Origin: Tubiluchus corallicola
Taxonomy: Eukaryota; Animalia; Priapulida
Direction: 5' to 3'
DNA length: 64,000 nt
NCBI GenBank assembly: GCA_030141605.1
Contig: JAQGDQ010000056.1
Span: 372,001 to 436,000, forward strand
The position numbers and the translations under genes are program-made. Under the pieces are notes generated by a model. That model was not told the DNA's origin, made no database searches, and was given only the letters and a program-made list of their open reading frames with translations. This document shows positions 38,574 to 51,253 of this stretch, piece after piece; the stretch's first letter is position 1; every line of letters starts with the position of its first letter.

Positions 38574-39506
38574 ATGAAATATCTGCTGTTAACCGTACTT
38601 TTGGGCTGCATGGCTGGTGCCCTAGGTATGGGTAGGATGGGCTATGGTCGCGGAGGTGGACAACAATTCTCCCGGGGTGCAGCAGTTCAACAGACTAATG
38701 GCTACGGAAATGGAGGCGGATTCGGTAATGGCGGTGGATTCAATAATGGAGGTGGATTTAGCAATGGTGGTGGATACAGTAATGGTGGTGGATTTGGTAA
38801 TGGAGGTGGATTCAGCAATGGAGGTGGCTTTAGTAATGGAGGTGGGTTCGCTAATGAAGTTGGGCTAGGTAATGGTGGCGGTTTCAGCAGTGGAGGTGGA
38901 TTTGGCAGCGGAAGTAGTTTTGGCAATGGAAATGGTTTTGGTGACCTTGGAAATGGCATTGGAGGTTCTTTTACTGTAGAAAACTTTGGAGATTTTATTG
39001 ATGCTTCCTCATTTGGAATAGACCACTTCGGTCGTCTCTACATAGCTGTTGACACATTTGACTTTAATGATGCTCGCAATGCTGCTGCAGCACTTGCTCC
39101 ACGGCAGGCTGTAAACCAAGGGCAGCAGGAGCAGATTGTCATTGGTTCCCGCTTCAGATCAGGCTATGCCAAACAGAGGGAATCCAGCAGTGCCCTTCGC
39201 GAGGGATCTGGCAGCGGAGAAGCTGGTATCGAATTGACTGCATCCAGAGAAGCCTCACAAGATGCCACACAGCAGTACAGCCAAACTGCTAGTGGTGAAG
39301 GCAGCACAGAACAAGGTGCAGCCTATGCTTACCAAAGGAACCCTAACATTGCCTTTAACTCAGTGAAACTGGAATCTTTGCCTGTTCATTCAGGACCTGC
39401 GAGTCAAGTTCCCAGAAGGCAGACCAGAAGCAGAGGCTATGGACAACAGCAAAGCAGAGGCTATGGACAACAGCAGAGAAGTCAGAGTCAGGGATATGGA
39501 CGGTAA
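38574..39506 (+). CDS. Secreted Gly/Asn-rich repeat protein (putative structural/matrix protein), 310 aa
   Basis: Signal peptide MKYLLLTVLLGCMAGALG; ~12 GGG(F/Y)xN hexads with synonymously diverged codons; unique acidic/aromatic middle; SRGYGQQQ repeats; AATAAA at 39819. Confidence 0.9.
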   Translation: MKYLLLTVLLGCMAGALGMGRMGYGRGGGQQFSRGAAVQQTNGYGNGGGFGNGGGFNNGGGFSNGGGYSNGGGFGNGGGFSNGGGFSNGGGFANEVGLGNGGGFSSGGGFGSGSSFGNGNGFGDLGNGIGGSFTVENFGDFIDASSFGIDHFGRLYIAVDTFDFNDARNAAAALAPRQAVNQGQQEQIVIGSRFRSGYAKQRESSSALREGSGSGEAGIELTASREASQDATQQYSQTASGEGSTEQGAAYAYQRNPNIAFNSVKLESLPVHSGPASQVPRRQTRSRGYGQQQSRGYGQQQRSQSQGYGR

Positions 39507-40874
39507 AGAAAAATGGGCAATAGCTGCATGGACAAAATCGAAGAAACAATGAATGATCAATTTGAAAGTGATCAAATCTAAAACAGCTAAGACCTATTTT
39601 TTCATCACAGACCAACACACAAGAAAGCTTAGTTCATGCGTCAAACGTAACAAAGAAATCAGTTATGTAAATTACTTGCTCATGACTAAGACATTACTGC
39701 TATTTAAGACTTGACCATTATCTGTGAGAGCTGACAGTCCTACGTATGTTAAGCAATTGTGACAACATTAGGCCAACTGTATGATATATATATATATATA
39801 TAATGAAATGATATAAACAATAAACTTGAAAATAATATGTTCATTTATTTGTTTGACAGTATGCTAGACCAAAATTTTTACTTTCACAATAATTTATAAC
39901 ATTACAATTTTGGAAATATCAAATTTACATCACAACAAATATACATTAAATAGACCATCACAACAAAACAACAGAAATGAAAAAACTGTTTATAAAATTA
40001 ATGCTACTAAAGTAAAGTTGTAGTCAGTAGGGTCTTATCCCAGGAAACAGCTTTTTCTTTAGTTTAAAAAAAATTCTGCATCACATGAAGTAAGCTTGAC
40101 AAGCTCAAGCTTTTACCGCCTAAGCTAAAAAACTAAAAGTGCAAGTTTTACTTGACTTTGCAGTGAATATTTATATACTAATAATGGAAAAGAAACTGGT
40201 AAAATCTGGACTCTGCTTTCACACTTTGCCTGTAGCATCAAACAGAAGAAAACTACAAATAACAGCATTCTACTGTGCAGCTGTTAAATACAATTTAAAC
40301 AAATAAATTTGAAATGAAACTGCTTGGCATGCTGCAAGCTGTTGTCCTGCATTGAACAGTAAGCTCTACTTATTTTGTTGATTACTGAAGCCGCATTGGA
40401 ACATAGTTAATTATACAGAAATATTATTTCTTAAATAACCAAAAAGACTAAGCTCACATGAATAACTGAATCCACTGAAAATTTATAACTGAATTTTATA
40501 ACTGGAACTTTCTGTTATAAAAACATTGAAATGAATAATCTTAAAAGTTTCAGTTATTTCATCACAGTAGTACCAAAACACTTAGCAAAAGTGTAAATCA
40601 ACCATTCCAAAACGCAGAGCACATAACATGATAACGTGTTGCAATTAGATAGTCCCCAATGAAAAAATTAAGAAAAGTTAAAGCTAACAATACAGCATGA
40701 ACAAAATTTCACTGCGGGTTTAGTATTAGAGCTGTAAATAACTTACAACAATTGTGTTTAAAACAGAAGTACTGCCCGGTACACTTTCATTGGTTTGCTA
40801 AGATTTGTCATAAACAGAATTACCAATGCTGTAGTTTTCAAACTAAATCTTTCCATTTGGCTCACGAGATGTCA

Positions 40875-40925
40875 CTAGTATACATGCACCATACCGTACA
40901 GGAATGTCCAAAACAAAACATAAGT
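40875..40925 (-). CDS. EMC6: EMC6 coding exon 4
   Basis: ttcag|TYVLFWTFLYGMVHVY*, the conserved EMC6 C-terminus; total 114 aa. Confidence 0.95.
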   Translation of the reverse strand, partial: TYVLFWTFLYGMVHVY

Positions 40926-41056
40926 CTGAAGACTACAGTTAAGGCATATATTTAATTTATTTTGGAAAATGTGTGAAAACTAATGTATTGACTGAGGTGT
41001 CTGAGCTAAAAACCACATTATTAAACAAAAAATTGCCGAAATTCAAGTAAGGATAC
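40926..41056 (-). other. U12-type (minor spliceosome) GT-AG intron in EMC6
   Basis: 5' splice site GTATCCTT; branch point GCCTTAAC at 40945-40938, 12 nt from the 3' end of the intron; no long polypyrimidine tract. Confidence 0.88.
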
Positions 41057-41149
41057 AAACAATCCACCAAAGATTCCACTGGTTAAAAGGGTAGAACGAG
41101 ATGTAAAGTACTTATTCCAGGTTCGCCCAGCTTTTAGTAATAATGTTAT
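41057..41149 (-). CDS. EMC6: EMC6 coding exon 3
   Basis: ttttag|[31 protein letters not shown]|gtatcctt. Confidence 0.93.
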
Positions 41150-43068
41150 CTAAAATAACAGAGTTAAACAAAAATGTATCATTTTAAACTACATTAACCT
41201 GCATTAAGATGCTGTATTAATTAACTTACAAATAATAAAAGGCTTTAACAAATTTGCTGACTTTCTAGTTAACATAACCAGGAAAAACAATTTAATTTGC
41301 TACATTCACTCAATCACAGCATTGATTATATAAATATTGTGCCATGCGATTTTAAAATAAGATTGAAAGATTTCTGTTATCGTTGGATGTGTATCATCAG
41401 GAATGGGAAGATTCTAGATTTGTAACACAGATTAATTAAAGCCAAAATAATACACTCAGAAGTGGTGCTGACCAGCCATTGGCATAGCGGTGTCTATGTC
41501 TAGTTTTCTGCTGGATTACTAATGCATTTACCTGTCTTGAAGGTATGGCTGTTTTTGTTTTACTTTAACGCAGTAAATAATACACAGACAGTACAATTAC
41601 CTGCAGGATAAGCGGAATTGATGTTTCCTGATTTTTCTATTAATCAAATTACTCAAAGCAGTAGCCGCAGGGTAGCAGCATAGCCACTCTTGCAAGCGTA
41701 TTTATCTCCTTTTGTCACTAGAAGTATGTTGCTTGTTAATTTCAGTGGCAGCATGCCAGAGAAGTGAAGCAATTAAATGAAAACAAAATGTAACTACACA
41801 ACATTTAGTTCAGCCAAATTATACTTGTAAGCTTCTCAGCACAAAAGCCTTAAAAATGCTAAATAAATATAATTCTATTAACGCTAATAAATTAATAATA
41901 TCATTTTTATCCATGGATGCAGAGCAGAACAGATTTTTGGAAGCTAAGGTTATGTATCCACTAAGTCCGCACAGACACATACACAAACAGATATTTTCCA
42001 TCAAACACATATGCAATGCAAAAAGCGTCAATGCAAAAGTGAATTGTGGCTGTAGTTGTAGAAATGGTTAGCATTTCTTGACCTAAAAAAATTGCAGTGG
42101 TTCTTTAATAGGAGGTATCTGGAATGTACGAAACATTACCATTTATTTCCAGAATGAAAAGAAATGCATAATTAATTAATTAATAATTAATTACTACCTT
42201 CCAGATCGTATTGGATTTAAGTTAAATGATTTACAAAAAGCAACTCGTAATTCAGTTAGTGCAGAAGAATACTAAATGCTGCATTAAGTGTTTTAAATTA
42301 CCTTAGTTTTCCTTACTTTACATTATTTTAAGTCACAATAGGCTTGTCATTAAATATTGGATATTAGGGTTAATTGGCTATTGTTTAAGTATTGATTCAG
42401 TTTTATTTTTCATGCACATCTTGTGCATGTAAAGTGATAGGAATAACATATGGTAAAAGTTACTTTAAATGCTGAGCAGTGGACAAGTACAAATATTTTA
42501 AGCACAAGAGGAGTTAGACTATATACAAGTGCATATTACATTAGCCATTGAAAACCTGCCAATCTGACTCATTTCTCATAACTGACCAATTTAACTTAAG
42601 TGTCAATACTTACTAGTTAATTTTTATTAATTATATAATTTTAAAGTGGCCTTTTCATCTCAGTAAATCTTCTGCATAGCCTGTTAATATAGTTGATATA
42701 TATTAAAATATTACAATTCACCACAAAACTGAATTAACCAGCCAAGAAATGTCTAAAAATAAAATCTGCTGCGTTAATCAAATAGGTCTAGACTCATTAT
42801 TTATTGTTGCATTGTACAATCTCAGTAGCAAATCTGGAAGTTTCTGTCCAGGAAAAACTTGTCACGACAGAGTTTTTGTGCATCTGTGCAGTTCCATGGC
42901 TTTCTCCGTGGAAGCAGTGGATACGGCATGCATTCAAATGTATGAAAATTACAATGGTAGAAATTTTCTACTGAAAATGGATGGAGAAACCCAAGGCAGG
43001 TAACAATTAAGAAACTTCAACTTTTTATTTTCATAACGTTCTGCAACATTGGAGAAAAACATACATAC

Positions 43069-43226
43069 CGACAAAGCCATAGCTGTGACTAAGTAAAAAA
43101 TGAATCCATAGAGACCAGTCAAGCCCAGGATACCAGCCGTACAACCTGAAAGCGCTGAAAGTGATGTTCTGCAATAGTCGATGACTGATGCATTGTTTCT
43201 TATTGCCATTACATTATAGGCAATAT
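43069..43226 (-). CDS. EMC6: EMC6 coding exon 2
   Basis: ccttcag|AT...TCG|gtatgt; [34 protein letters not shown] is the EMC6/TMEM93 core. Confidence 0.95.
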
Positions 43227-44249
43227 CTGAAGGAATAAAAAGTACCGAGTCAGCGATTTGTTAGTAGCTGTCTGGACTTAATACTCGCTCTGGGCTGTTT
43301 CACGCCCCCTCCCCCCACAAATAATTGTTTGGCTGTGAATCACTGAATGGTTCATCTGTGATGCAATATGGAATGTATAATTATTTTTTATGACTACTGA
43401 GTTACAAGGTCTGTATGTATAATGAATTAAAATGTCTGGGGCATCAGACAGCAGTTCATAGGTAGCTCTGCATTGCTTTTATTTTTCGACTAATTACAAA
43501 ATAGCAGGCCTACAGTCTTATTATTAAAAACCTTAATGCTAAGAAAAAAGCTATGGATATTTCCTAAATTTGCCCTAAAACGTAATACATAAAGTACATA
43601 CACGCAAGAGTATTTGCATAAAGAATACAGCATTGCAGTACTTCATGATTACAGACCAATATATGGAAGTTTTAATGATACAAAACTGTGACATAAGAAT
43701 TAAAACAGAATCCGGAATAAAAATAAGGTGCCCTTGATTATAAGCTGCACCAAGCATGAGTAAAAATGTAATCAATGTAATAATATAATTAAGAAAATAA
43801 TACTTTGTCGTGTTAGTGAGTAATTTAGAGACCAAGATATCACATTTTAACTTAAGGCGGTGAAAATAGTAGATACATGTTAAGTGTTTGATATGCGACT
43901 GTTAATAATGCTAGTAATTTATCACAGATAAAAAAAACTAACATTTGGTAGTAGGGTTTTAAAGAAACATGTGAAAATACTAAGTTAAAGTTTTAATGGT
44001 ACATATAAAAATTGACAAAGCAAACAGAAACTGACATCACATAATTAAGACTATCAATACTAATTACACATTACCCTATCACAATACATATAAAAATCAT
44101 TCATTGAAAGAATCTCAACCATTTGTATACTCATTGTCTGGGTATTATGTTAAGCAATTTCCAAGAGATGCACAATATGAAATAAATGTCACTGTAAGGC
44201 AAACTGTATATTGTTGCCACTGCAAAAATAAGTAATTTAAAAGAATAAC

Positions 44250-44292
44250 CTGGTTTTTGACGCTTACTCCTTCCCGCACTGGCAGCAGCCAT
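44250..44292 (-). CDS. EMC6: EMC6 coding exon 1
   Basis: ATG MAAASAGRSKRQKP, donor CAG|gttatt, phase 1. Confidence 0.8.
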
Positions 44293-44578
44293 TATTGCAA
44301 ACTAAACCATGCAAAACTGGTCGTCCATTTCAGCACCAAGTTGGCAACTCATTTCAATCTGTTTACTACATGAACACATGTTAAATGCATTAGTTGCTAA
44401 ACTATCATTTTTGTACCTATTTCTCTAGCTTCATTTATAGTTTCTTTACAATTGTTGCAAAATCATAGCAATGACAACTCAAGGCACCAGAAAGGCGGGA
44501 ACATGAATGCATGTCAATAGAAATAGAATTCATATAAATAATTAATTTACTCTAGATAAGAAGTATCTGTTTTTGTTC

Positions 44579-45804
44579 AGCACTCTTTTGTAATTCAGGT
44601 CCCGCGCGATTTTTGCCGAGCGATTGCCAATTTCAATATGATTGCTTAGCGCAATATAACGATCTGAGCTGCACATAGGTAATGATGATTGATCAGCCCC
44701 TGAGTTTCACTTATGGCGAAATAAGTTTATGAAATAATACTATTAATAAAACGTAAAGTCTATTAAGTTTACCATTTGTTTTTATAAAAAACAAGAAATT
44801 GACATTTGACCTAATTTTTGAAACACTCTGATATCGCATAAAATGTATTTTAACCTGAATAAATAATTAAATTACTACAAACAGTGTTAAGCATTTTTGT
44901 TTCCAGAAGTGTGTTCATGTTCAAATAGCTAAGTAGTTTTTCATAATAACAATTATTACTATTCAGCATTATTATTAATAACTAAGGGCGCCACAGTTAG
45001 ATTTTAATTTCCACAGCCGTCATGTTAATAAACATTTCGTTTACTTATCTTTGAACTCTTCATACCTAATTTTTAATGTTATGCTCCCAGACGATTTTTT
45101 TGAGTCTCGCGCTTTGTCTCAGCAGGTTGTTTACATTAAATTTTAGTGGAGGGTGGACTGAACGTATACATAACAAGTAAATTTACATTGACGTTGGCGT
45201 GGGTTGGATACAAATTAAAATAATTACATAGCAGTTAATTTAGGTTAAGAAAGATAACGGGAAATGTGTAAGCTTTTGAGTGGATGCTATAACATTTTTA
45301 TTTTGCTGCTCAGTGCAGTGGCAAAAACGATTAATCCTTTGTTGAAACAAACAGTAGTCTAACTCAGTAGGCTAGCGGGTCCATTGAGCAATCAATTAAC
45401 GTCAGCCCTTGCAAAAGAGTAGAGCTACCTATTATTCAGTAACAGGCCTGTTAGTGTCAATTGCCATGAATACTTGCTTTTCATAGATGATACAACTTGC
45501 ATTTTTACCAAACCAGCCCTTTTTAGGGCTTGGTCCTAATAGGGCCAACAAAAACGTTTTGACTGAATAAAGTCATGTTTATCATTTTTACTGTTTCAGC
45601 GTTATTTCAATATTTATTAAATAAATAACATGCATTTTCACAGTATTTTATACCCAAAGTCACAAACGTACTAGGCATAGAAACGCTGACGGTCCACGAG
45701 CAATCGTGAGAGCAGTGCAGATTGTCATATTGCGCTAAGCAATCATATCTATTTGGTCATCGCTCGGCGAAAATCGAGCAGTACCTGAATTCTAAAAGAG
45801 TGAC
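44579..45804. mobile_element. 1.2-kb non-autonomous DNA transposon with ~95-bp imperfect TIRs (MULE/hAT-like)
   Basis: CACTCTTTT.AATTCAGGT...GCCGAGCGAT...ATATGATTGCTTAGCGCAATAT mirrored at ~45712-45802; 8-bp flanking duplication TTTTGTTC (44571-44578, 45805-45812). Confidence 0.8.
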
Positions 45805-46632
45805 TTTTGTTCTTGAATTAAGCAAAGTTGCGTTTTTCAGGAAGTCGATTTTTAGCGGCTTAAACAGATACAAGGCCCGATCGAGGAATGAACTACTCTA
45901 TAAGCAGCATTCTTCACCCAGCAATGTCCAATATTATCCATAGGGAAACAATATAATTATATGAGAAACAGTAGATAAGCAAGTACAACAAATAAACGAG
46001 CATCATAGGTCTGGAATGGTGTTAGTAACCAGAAAATACAGTGCCAGAGATTATTTTCCACAGACGTAGGTAAAGATAAAATAAGCTTTGGTGAACAGAT
46101 TTAAACACCAAGTTGGATGCAAACAGAGTGACATCACATGCAACTTTGCAATCAAATGAGCACAACCACCCAGCCACATATGCAACTGTCCATCTATCCA
46201 AGGATTAACCTGTCTGCATATACATTGTTTGCCTGGAATGTCTACTTGCTTGTTTGTGTTTATTTATTGTTTGTTGCCGATTAATTTATTTATTTCCAAT
46301 CATACAAACCTTTCTACCTCCATTTGCGTATATCCATAAATTCCATATTTAAATTCACCTGGATCTATCTTGCTATATATCAATCTTGTGTTTGTTCAGT
46401 GCTGGTACTACCTACCTATATACTATACCAACCTACTTACCTACCTCATCTAACAACAGATATTCTTATATATTTATACATTTCTTCATACATTTACTTG
46501 CATACTTTTCTACCTACTTATAGCATGCTGTCTGGTCTCAGTAAGCACCTAAACACTGATGGAAAATTACCATTCTTTGGACGTCTATTTAGACATATCA
46601 TTTATGATGGTTTTAGGGGCAGAAGTCTTGTG

Positions 46633-46730
46633 TATACTGAGTGTAACATAAACTATAGTTGAAACAAATAAACAAAACTCATATACTGAGTGTAACATAA
46701 ACTATAGTTGAAACAAATAAACAAAACTCA
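46633..46730. repeat. 49-bp perfect tandem duplication
   Basis: tatactgagtgtaacataaactatagttgaaacaaataaacaaaactca x2. Confidence 0.9.
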
Positions 46731-48399
46731 CCTACTATGTGCAAGCTTCAGTATGTCCAGTCTAATGCACGCTAGTGTACATAGTTGTAGTGTTTATTGC
46801 AAGTGATCACGTCAACAAAATTTATTGTGTTACACATGGTGGTTGCAAGTTCTATGAAATTCTATATCTAACCACATAATTCTTACTCAGTTGTTCCCAG
46901 TGAGAAAACTGAAACCCTAGTTTATACAGCTTAGCAGCGATGCTTTCACAGGAATTCAAAACGTGTCTAAATGTTACAGTTTCAAGTTTAATCAATGATT
47001 ACCAGTCTTGAAGTTTTCATGTCGGCTATCAAAGGAAGTAGATTTATTTACCTACCTACCCACTGACTTACCTACCAATCTATCTGCTCATTTACCTACG
47101 TGTGCATACCTACCTATACCTGCCTACTCATTGGGTTGAACATGCCGAGTTGGTATAATTGCTTATTCACTTAATGTAATTTAGATAATTAGTTAATCAA
47201 TTAAGTTATACGTTTACTTGCAAAATGGATAGATTTACTTTTATTTCAAATTTGCTTTGCTTTAGGTGTATAAAATTCAGATATTATAAAACACAAACGA
47301 ATATTATTATAAATTCCGTGTCACCGTACATTAATTACATGTACAAAACTTACAAAGAAAGCAAAGGATGGGGTGGCTAAGGACCAGATGGCCACCAAAA
47401 CAGCCATCCCAAGAGATATCACCGAGGTATCAAATTTTATTAGAAAAAAGAAGTATTATTAATATTAATTAATCAATATAATATTATGTACTAATTTTTG
47501 GAAAAGGCAAAGACGAGAGAGAGAGCCGTTTACTGGCACGTCGTCGCGATTGCTCATTTCAGTTAGCAAAAATAGTTCTTACTGCCAATTTAATCAAAGA
47601 CCAAGATCGCCATAGCGCAGACTCTCGCAGTGTAAGAATTTCTAGGAAAGGATTTTTAGAATAAAGGAAGCTAAAAATTGCAAAGTCATTCAAGTTCAGA
47701 CTGTAAGTAGTTTCCTGTAGAAAAACTGGTAATAGTTCATAATATTCCTTGTCTTAGCTTCTAAAATATATGTGCACGCTACTTTTGTACCAGTTTCATA
47801 GTGAAGTACGTCATTTCTGTCTCTCCAAATTCAGTTCTACGCCTTGACCCTCGACTGTCCCTTTTATCACAGGTCTAGAATTTAGACTCTGGAAGTTATT
47901 CATCCGGATTTCTATGCTTAGGGAAGAATAGTTCCTGACCGGGAGGTATTCGGGGCGTATTTACCAATAATACTTAATAGGCTAACTTTGCTGTTTGCAC
48001 TTTTATTTTTAAATTGTAGTTATTGGTGTAAATGACTGCCATCAATGCAGAAATACTACAAATTGATTATATGTGTGCTTGCAGACTAAAACCGTCCATA
48101 AGTCAGCAAAGTAGAATGCACCAAAAATTTGGTTAAATATCAATTTTTTGCTTTTTATAAAAGCAAATGCTAAAATACATTGGGCTTTTATATTCTAGCA
48201 TCAAATTATCTAGGAAATGTTCAAATAATACAAGAAATCTAATTTTTTAACATCATACCCACTTTTCTGGCTAGAAACTAATACTGCTGGGGCTTTGACG
48301 GAAAATTAAGCCTACTACTGAAGGTCACAGAAGAACACAAATTATAAAAGAATCCATTATTTGAAGAGTGATCCCACCGAAACTACCATTTACGAAGTA

Positions 48400-48900
48400 A
48401 CGTTTTTCGGCTTGCATTCCTGACATCCTGCAAAGCGTAAATACAGGAATTTGTATCCATGAACTGAGCGTCATGGACAGCTTTTTTGGCCAAGGAATCA
48501 GTGAGATCATTTCCAATAATATTACATTGACCAGGAATCCACACACAGTTAACATGAATATCAATATTAGAAAAAAGATTAACATAATTTTTTATACTGT
48601 CACATAAAAAGCTTTGTAACAGTTACACATCCATCCTGAAGGTACAATGTCTACTGATCACTGCTGCTGAAAAAACTTTACATTTCTAACATCTGTAACT
48701 ATAAAGATTAATTGTTCTGCAATAATCTGTAAAACAGCAAATATAGCAAAGAGTTCAGCTAGCAAGATAGATCCATGCAATGCTACAGGTTCACTGATCT
48801 GATGAAATTGTTGAAAATTACTGCTTCTGCTCCACATGGCCCAAGGTTGTCAATACAAGAACTATCAATAAATGCAAAAACAGCATTATCTGGACGAGTG
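48400..48900 (-). mobile_element. Decayed non-LTR retrotransposon (RNase H-bearing, I/Ingi/Nimb-like) fragment
   Basis: Minus-strand motifs in RNase H order, split by frameshifts: FAFIDSSCIDNLGPCGA (cf. YTDGS..NPGP.GA), GSILLAELFAI, CVWIPGQCNIIGNDLTDSLAKKA (cf. WIPGH.GI.GNE.AD.LAK.A). The element probably extends beyond these limits. Confidence 0.75.
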
Positions 48901-49327
48901 GATAAAGAATTCAACACTAAGACTCTTCCAAGTTGTTCTTCTGCTTCTGACCTGACTTATTCTTTGAGGACTCTAGTACATTCCAGTAATTAGGTTTAGC
49001 CACAGGATTCAAATTCCATAACCAACTGAGAGATTATAGTGTTCCAATTCTCTTCAACCTCAACATGCCCGAGAAACAGCTCTTGCCACAAGAGAAATAT
49101 TATCCATGTCATCATACTTTCATTTAAATTTACAGTAATAGTACAATTAACAATTTAAACCTTACAATTTTCAGATGCCTCCAAAAAAAAATTATTACTG
49201 AAGAGGGTTTATAACACCTTATAAAAAATAAAAAAATTATTACACGGAAGATACTACACCACAAGCAGTTGCACATCCTGCTTAAATATAACACATGCAA
49301 GTATATGTAATTACTAATAACCAAGTA

Positions 49328-49781
49328 CCGTATTTTCCCGTGTATAAGAGACCCTTTTTGCTCAGAATTTTCACTTTAAAAATAAGGGGTCTCTTATACA
49401 TGGGAGTAAGTCTTTTCAATAAGATGCATAAATTGTGACACTAATGATTTTAAAGAAATAAGTGCTCTACAACTGTTTTGCGTGTCGCGTTCGACTATGA
49501 AGCGGTTGTAAGCAATACAAGCATCGTGACACAGGCATTATCTCCTCGTTTTCTCTTTTCCTGTTACAGGTTTGCAGGTACGCACTTTAATATATACCAG
49601 TACTCTTTTTCTACAACACATTAACTGGTTTTATTTTGTTTTCAGTACCGCAGTGAGTTGAAAAAAGTTGTACTTTACCCTCTAAAAATGTCCGTCTGAA
49701 AAAACTTTTTTCCAGAATTTTTGCCTAAAAATTGAAGGGGTCTCTTATACACAAGGGTCTCTTATACACGGGAAAATACGG
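49328..49781. mobile_element. 454-bp MITE, Tc1/mariner superfamily (Tc2/pogo-type CCGTA termini)
   Basis: Perfect TIR CCGTATTTTCCCGTGTATAAGAGACCCTT, TA target duplication at both ends, internal copies of the GGGTCTCTTATAC motif. Confidence 0.92.
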
Positions 49782-50024
49782 TAGGTACTAAGTAATAGTG
49801 TTATTAATAAATATGCCACAAGTAGTCGTAGGTTGCACACATATAAACATCCATAATAGAGACAGGCGGGACTGAATTATTAGGGCGTCTTGATATGTAA
49901 CTGGTGGTATTCCTAAAATATAAAAATAAATATGAACTGAAATCATTGAGAGGCTAGAGTTATGTAAGCCATCCTTTTTATTGATAAAATGCTGTCATCA
50001 TTTTAACTTCTAAGAAATTTATCG

Positions 50025-50636
50025 TTTTAGCACCTCTAGTTGACCAGACAAGGTCGACTTTTCCGCATTGTCCGATTGTCCTAAAGATCGGCGTAACCTG
50101 GAATTTTCAGAGGATCATAACTCAAAAAGTTTATGTCCAAATTTGATAGGAGTGGTATCATTTCAAATGGAATCTGCAATAAAACTTCAGACAGCAGAAT
50201 ATATGGTTTAGATACCAAGGAATTCAAAAATATTGAGCTCGGTCCAAAAAATTCTGTCCCACAAGGTCAAAGTAAAGGTCAAAAGTTCATGCAAATTCAG
50301 ACACCAAATATCTAAAGTTTTATTGCAGATTCTGGAAGCTTATTGAATTCCCTTTAAAATGATACCACTCCCATCAAAATTGGACTTTTTCAGTTATGAC
50401 CATTTGAAAATTGCAGGCGATTATTTGGCCCTTTGGTAATTTTCAAGTGCCCATAACTTTTGAACCGTTAGCCCGATTTCGGTCAAATTTGGGATTTTCC
50501 ATTTCTAAACAAACCAGACCTTCCCACCATATTGCACACTGATATCTGACACATAGGGGTGTTTTGCATTGGTTCATTTCACCTAGAATGCCCCAACTGC
50601 ATTTAACTCACTCGTAGCTGCTTGGAACTTTGTTTA
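50025..50636. mobile_element. Non-autonomous repeat with a long internal palindrome (Helentron/DINE-like; classification uncertain)
   Basis: Inverted arms at ~50116-50187 and ~50315-50398; T-rich ends; AGGTCA cluster in the loop. Confidence 0.45.
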
Positions 50637-51146
50637 AATTTTCGGAGATACGATTAATCTCTTTGATTTTCTTCTTGAGCTAATCGAGATTAATCTTATT
50701 AACCTAATTAATTCTCACTAGATTTGATACTGATTCTGAATGAGCTAATTCAGTTTTCGATGAACAATAAAGTCACATGTTGTTAATAATTCATGGTTTC
50801 TTACTAGACTGTTTTAATTTTGCTAAAGTTCAAATGTTGACCTTTTCTTTTTTCATGTAATGTTGTTACCAATTTAAAGGAAAACCGCATCCCATCTTAA
50901 ATTATAGCTCAAAACAATCTACCCTCTGAAATACTGAAAGAGATCATACCATTTGCAAGAAATTTGCCGAGTTTATGTACATCACACTGAATGTTGTACA
51001 GTAGGACTGTACTTCAGTTTTCTTTGTTGTAAACGTATGCAACATGCTCATGGAATGTTTGCGCTGTTCAAAATTATGTTCAGTTGTGATGTCATCACTA
51101 ACTGCACTCTCGGGCCGTTAATCAAGTTATATGAAAAGTCATCCAG

Positions 51147-51253
51147 GGGCCAGTTTCACATAGCCATCACTAAGTTAACGATGTCATTATTACATTCACT
51201 TAACTATTAATAACGACGTCATTAACGTAGAGATGGCTTTGTGAAACTGGCAA
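51147..51253. mobile_element. ~105-bp MITE (PIF/Harbinger-like termini)
   Basis: GCCAGTTTCACATAGCCATC ... GATGGCTTTGTGAAACTGGC inverted repeat. Confidence 0.6.

Noticed and set aside
38702-38959. Pro/Leu-rich minus-strand ORF (and + frame ORF 38644-38868)
   Set aside because: Antisense or alternate-frame shadows of the Gly-rich repeats.
39440-39506. Neuropeptide-precursor reading of the SRGYGQQQ repeats
   Set aside because: No regular dibasic or GKR processing sites; composition fits a structural low-complexity protein better.
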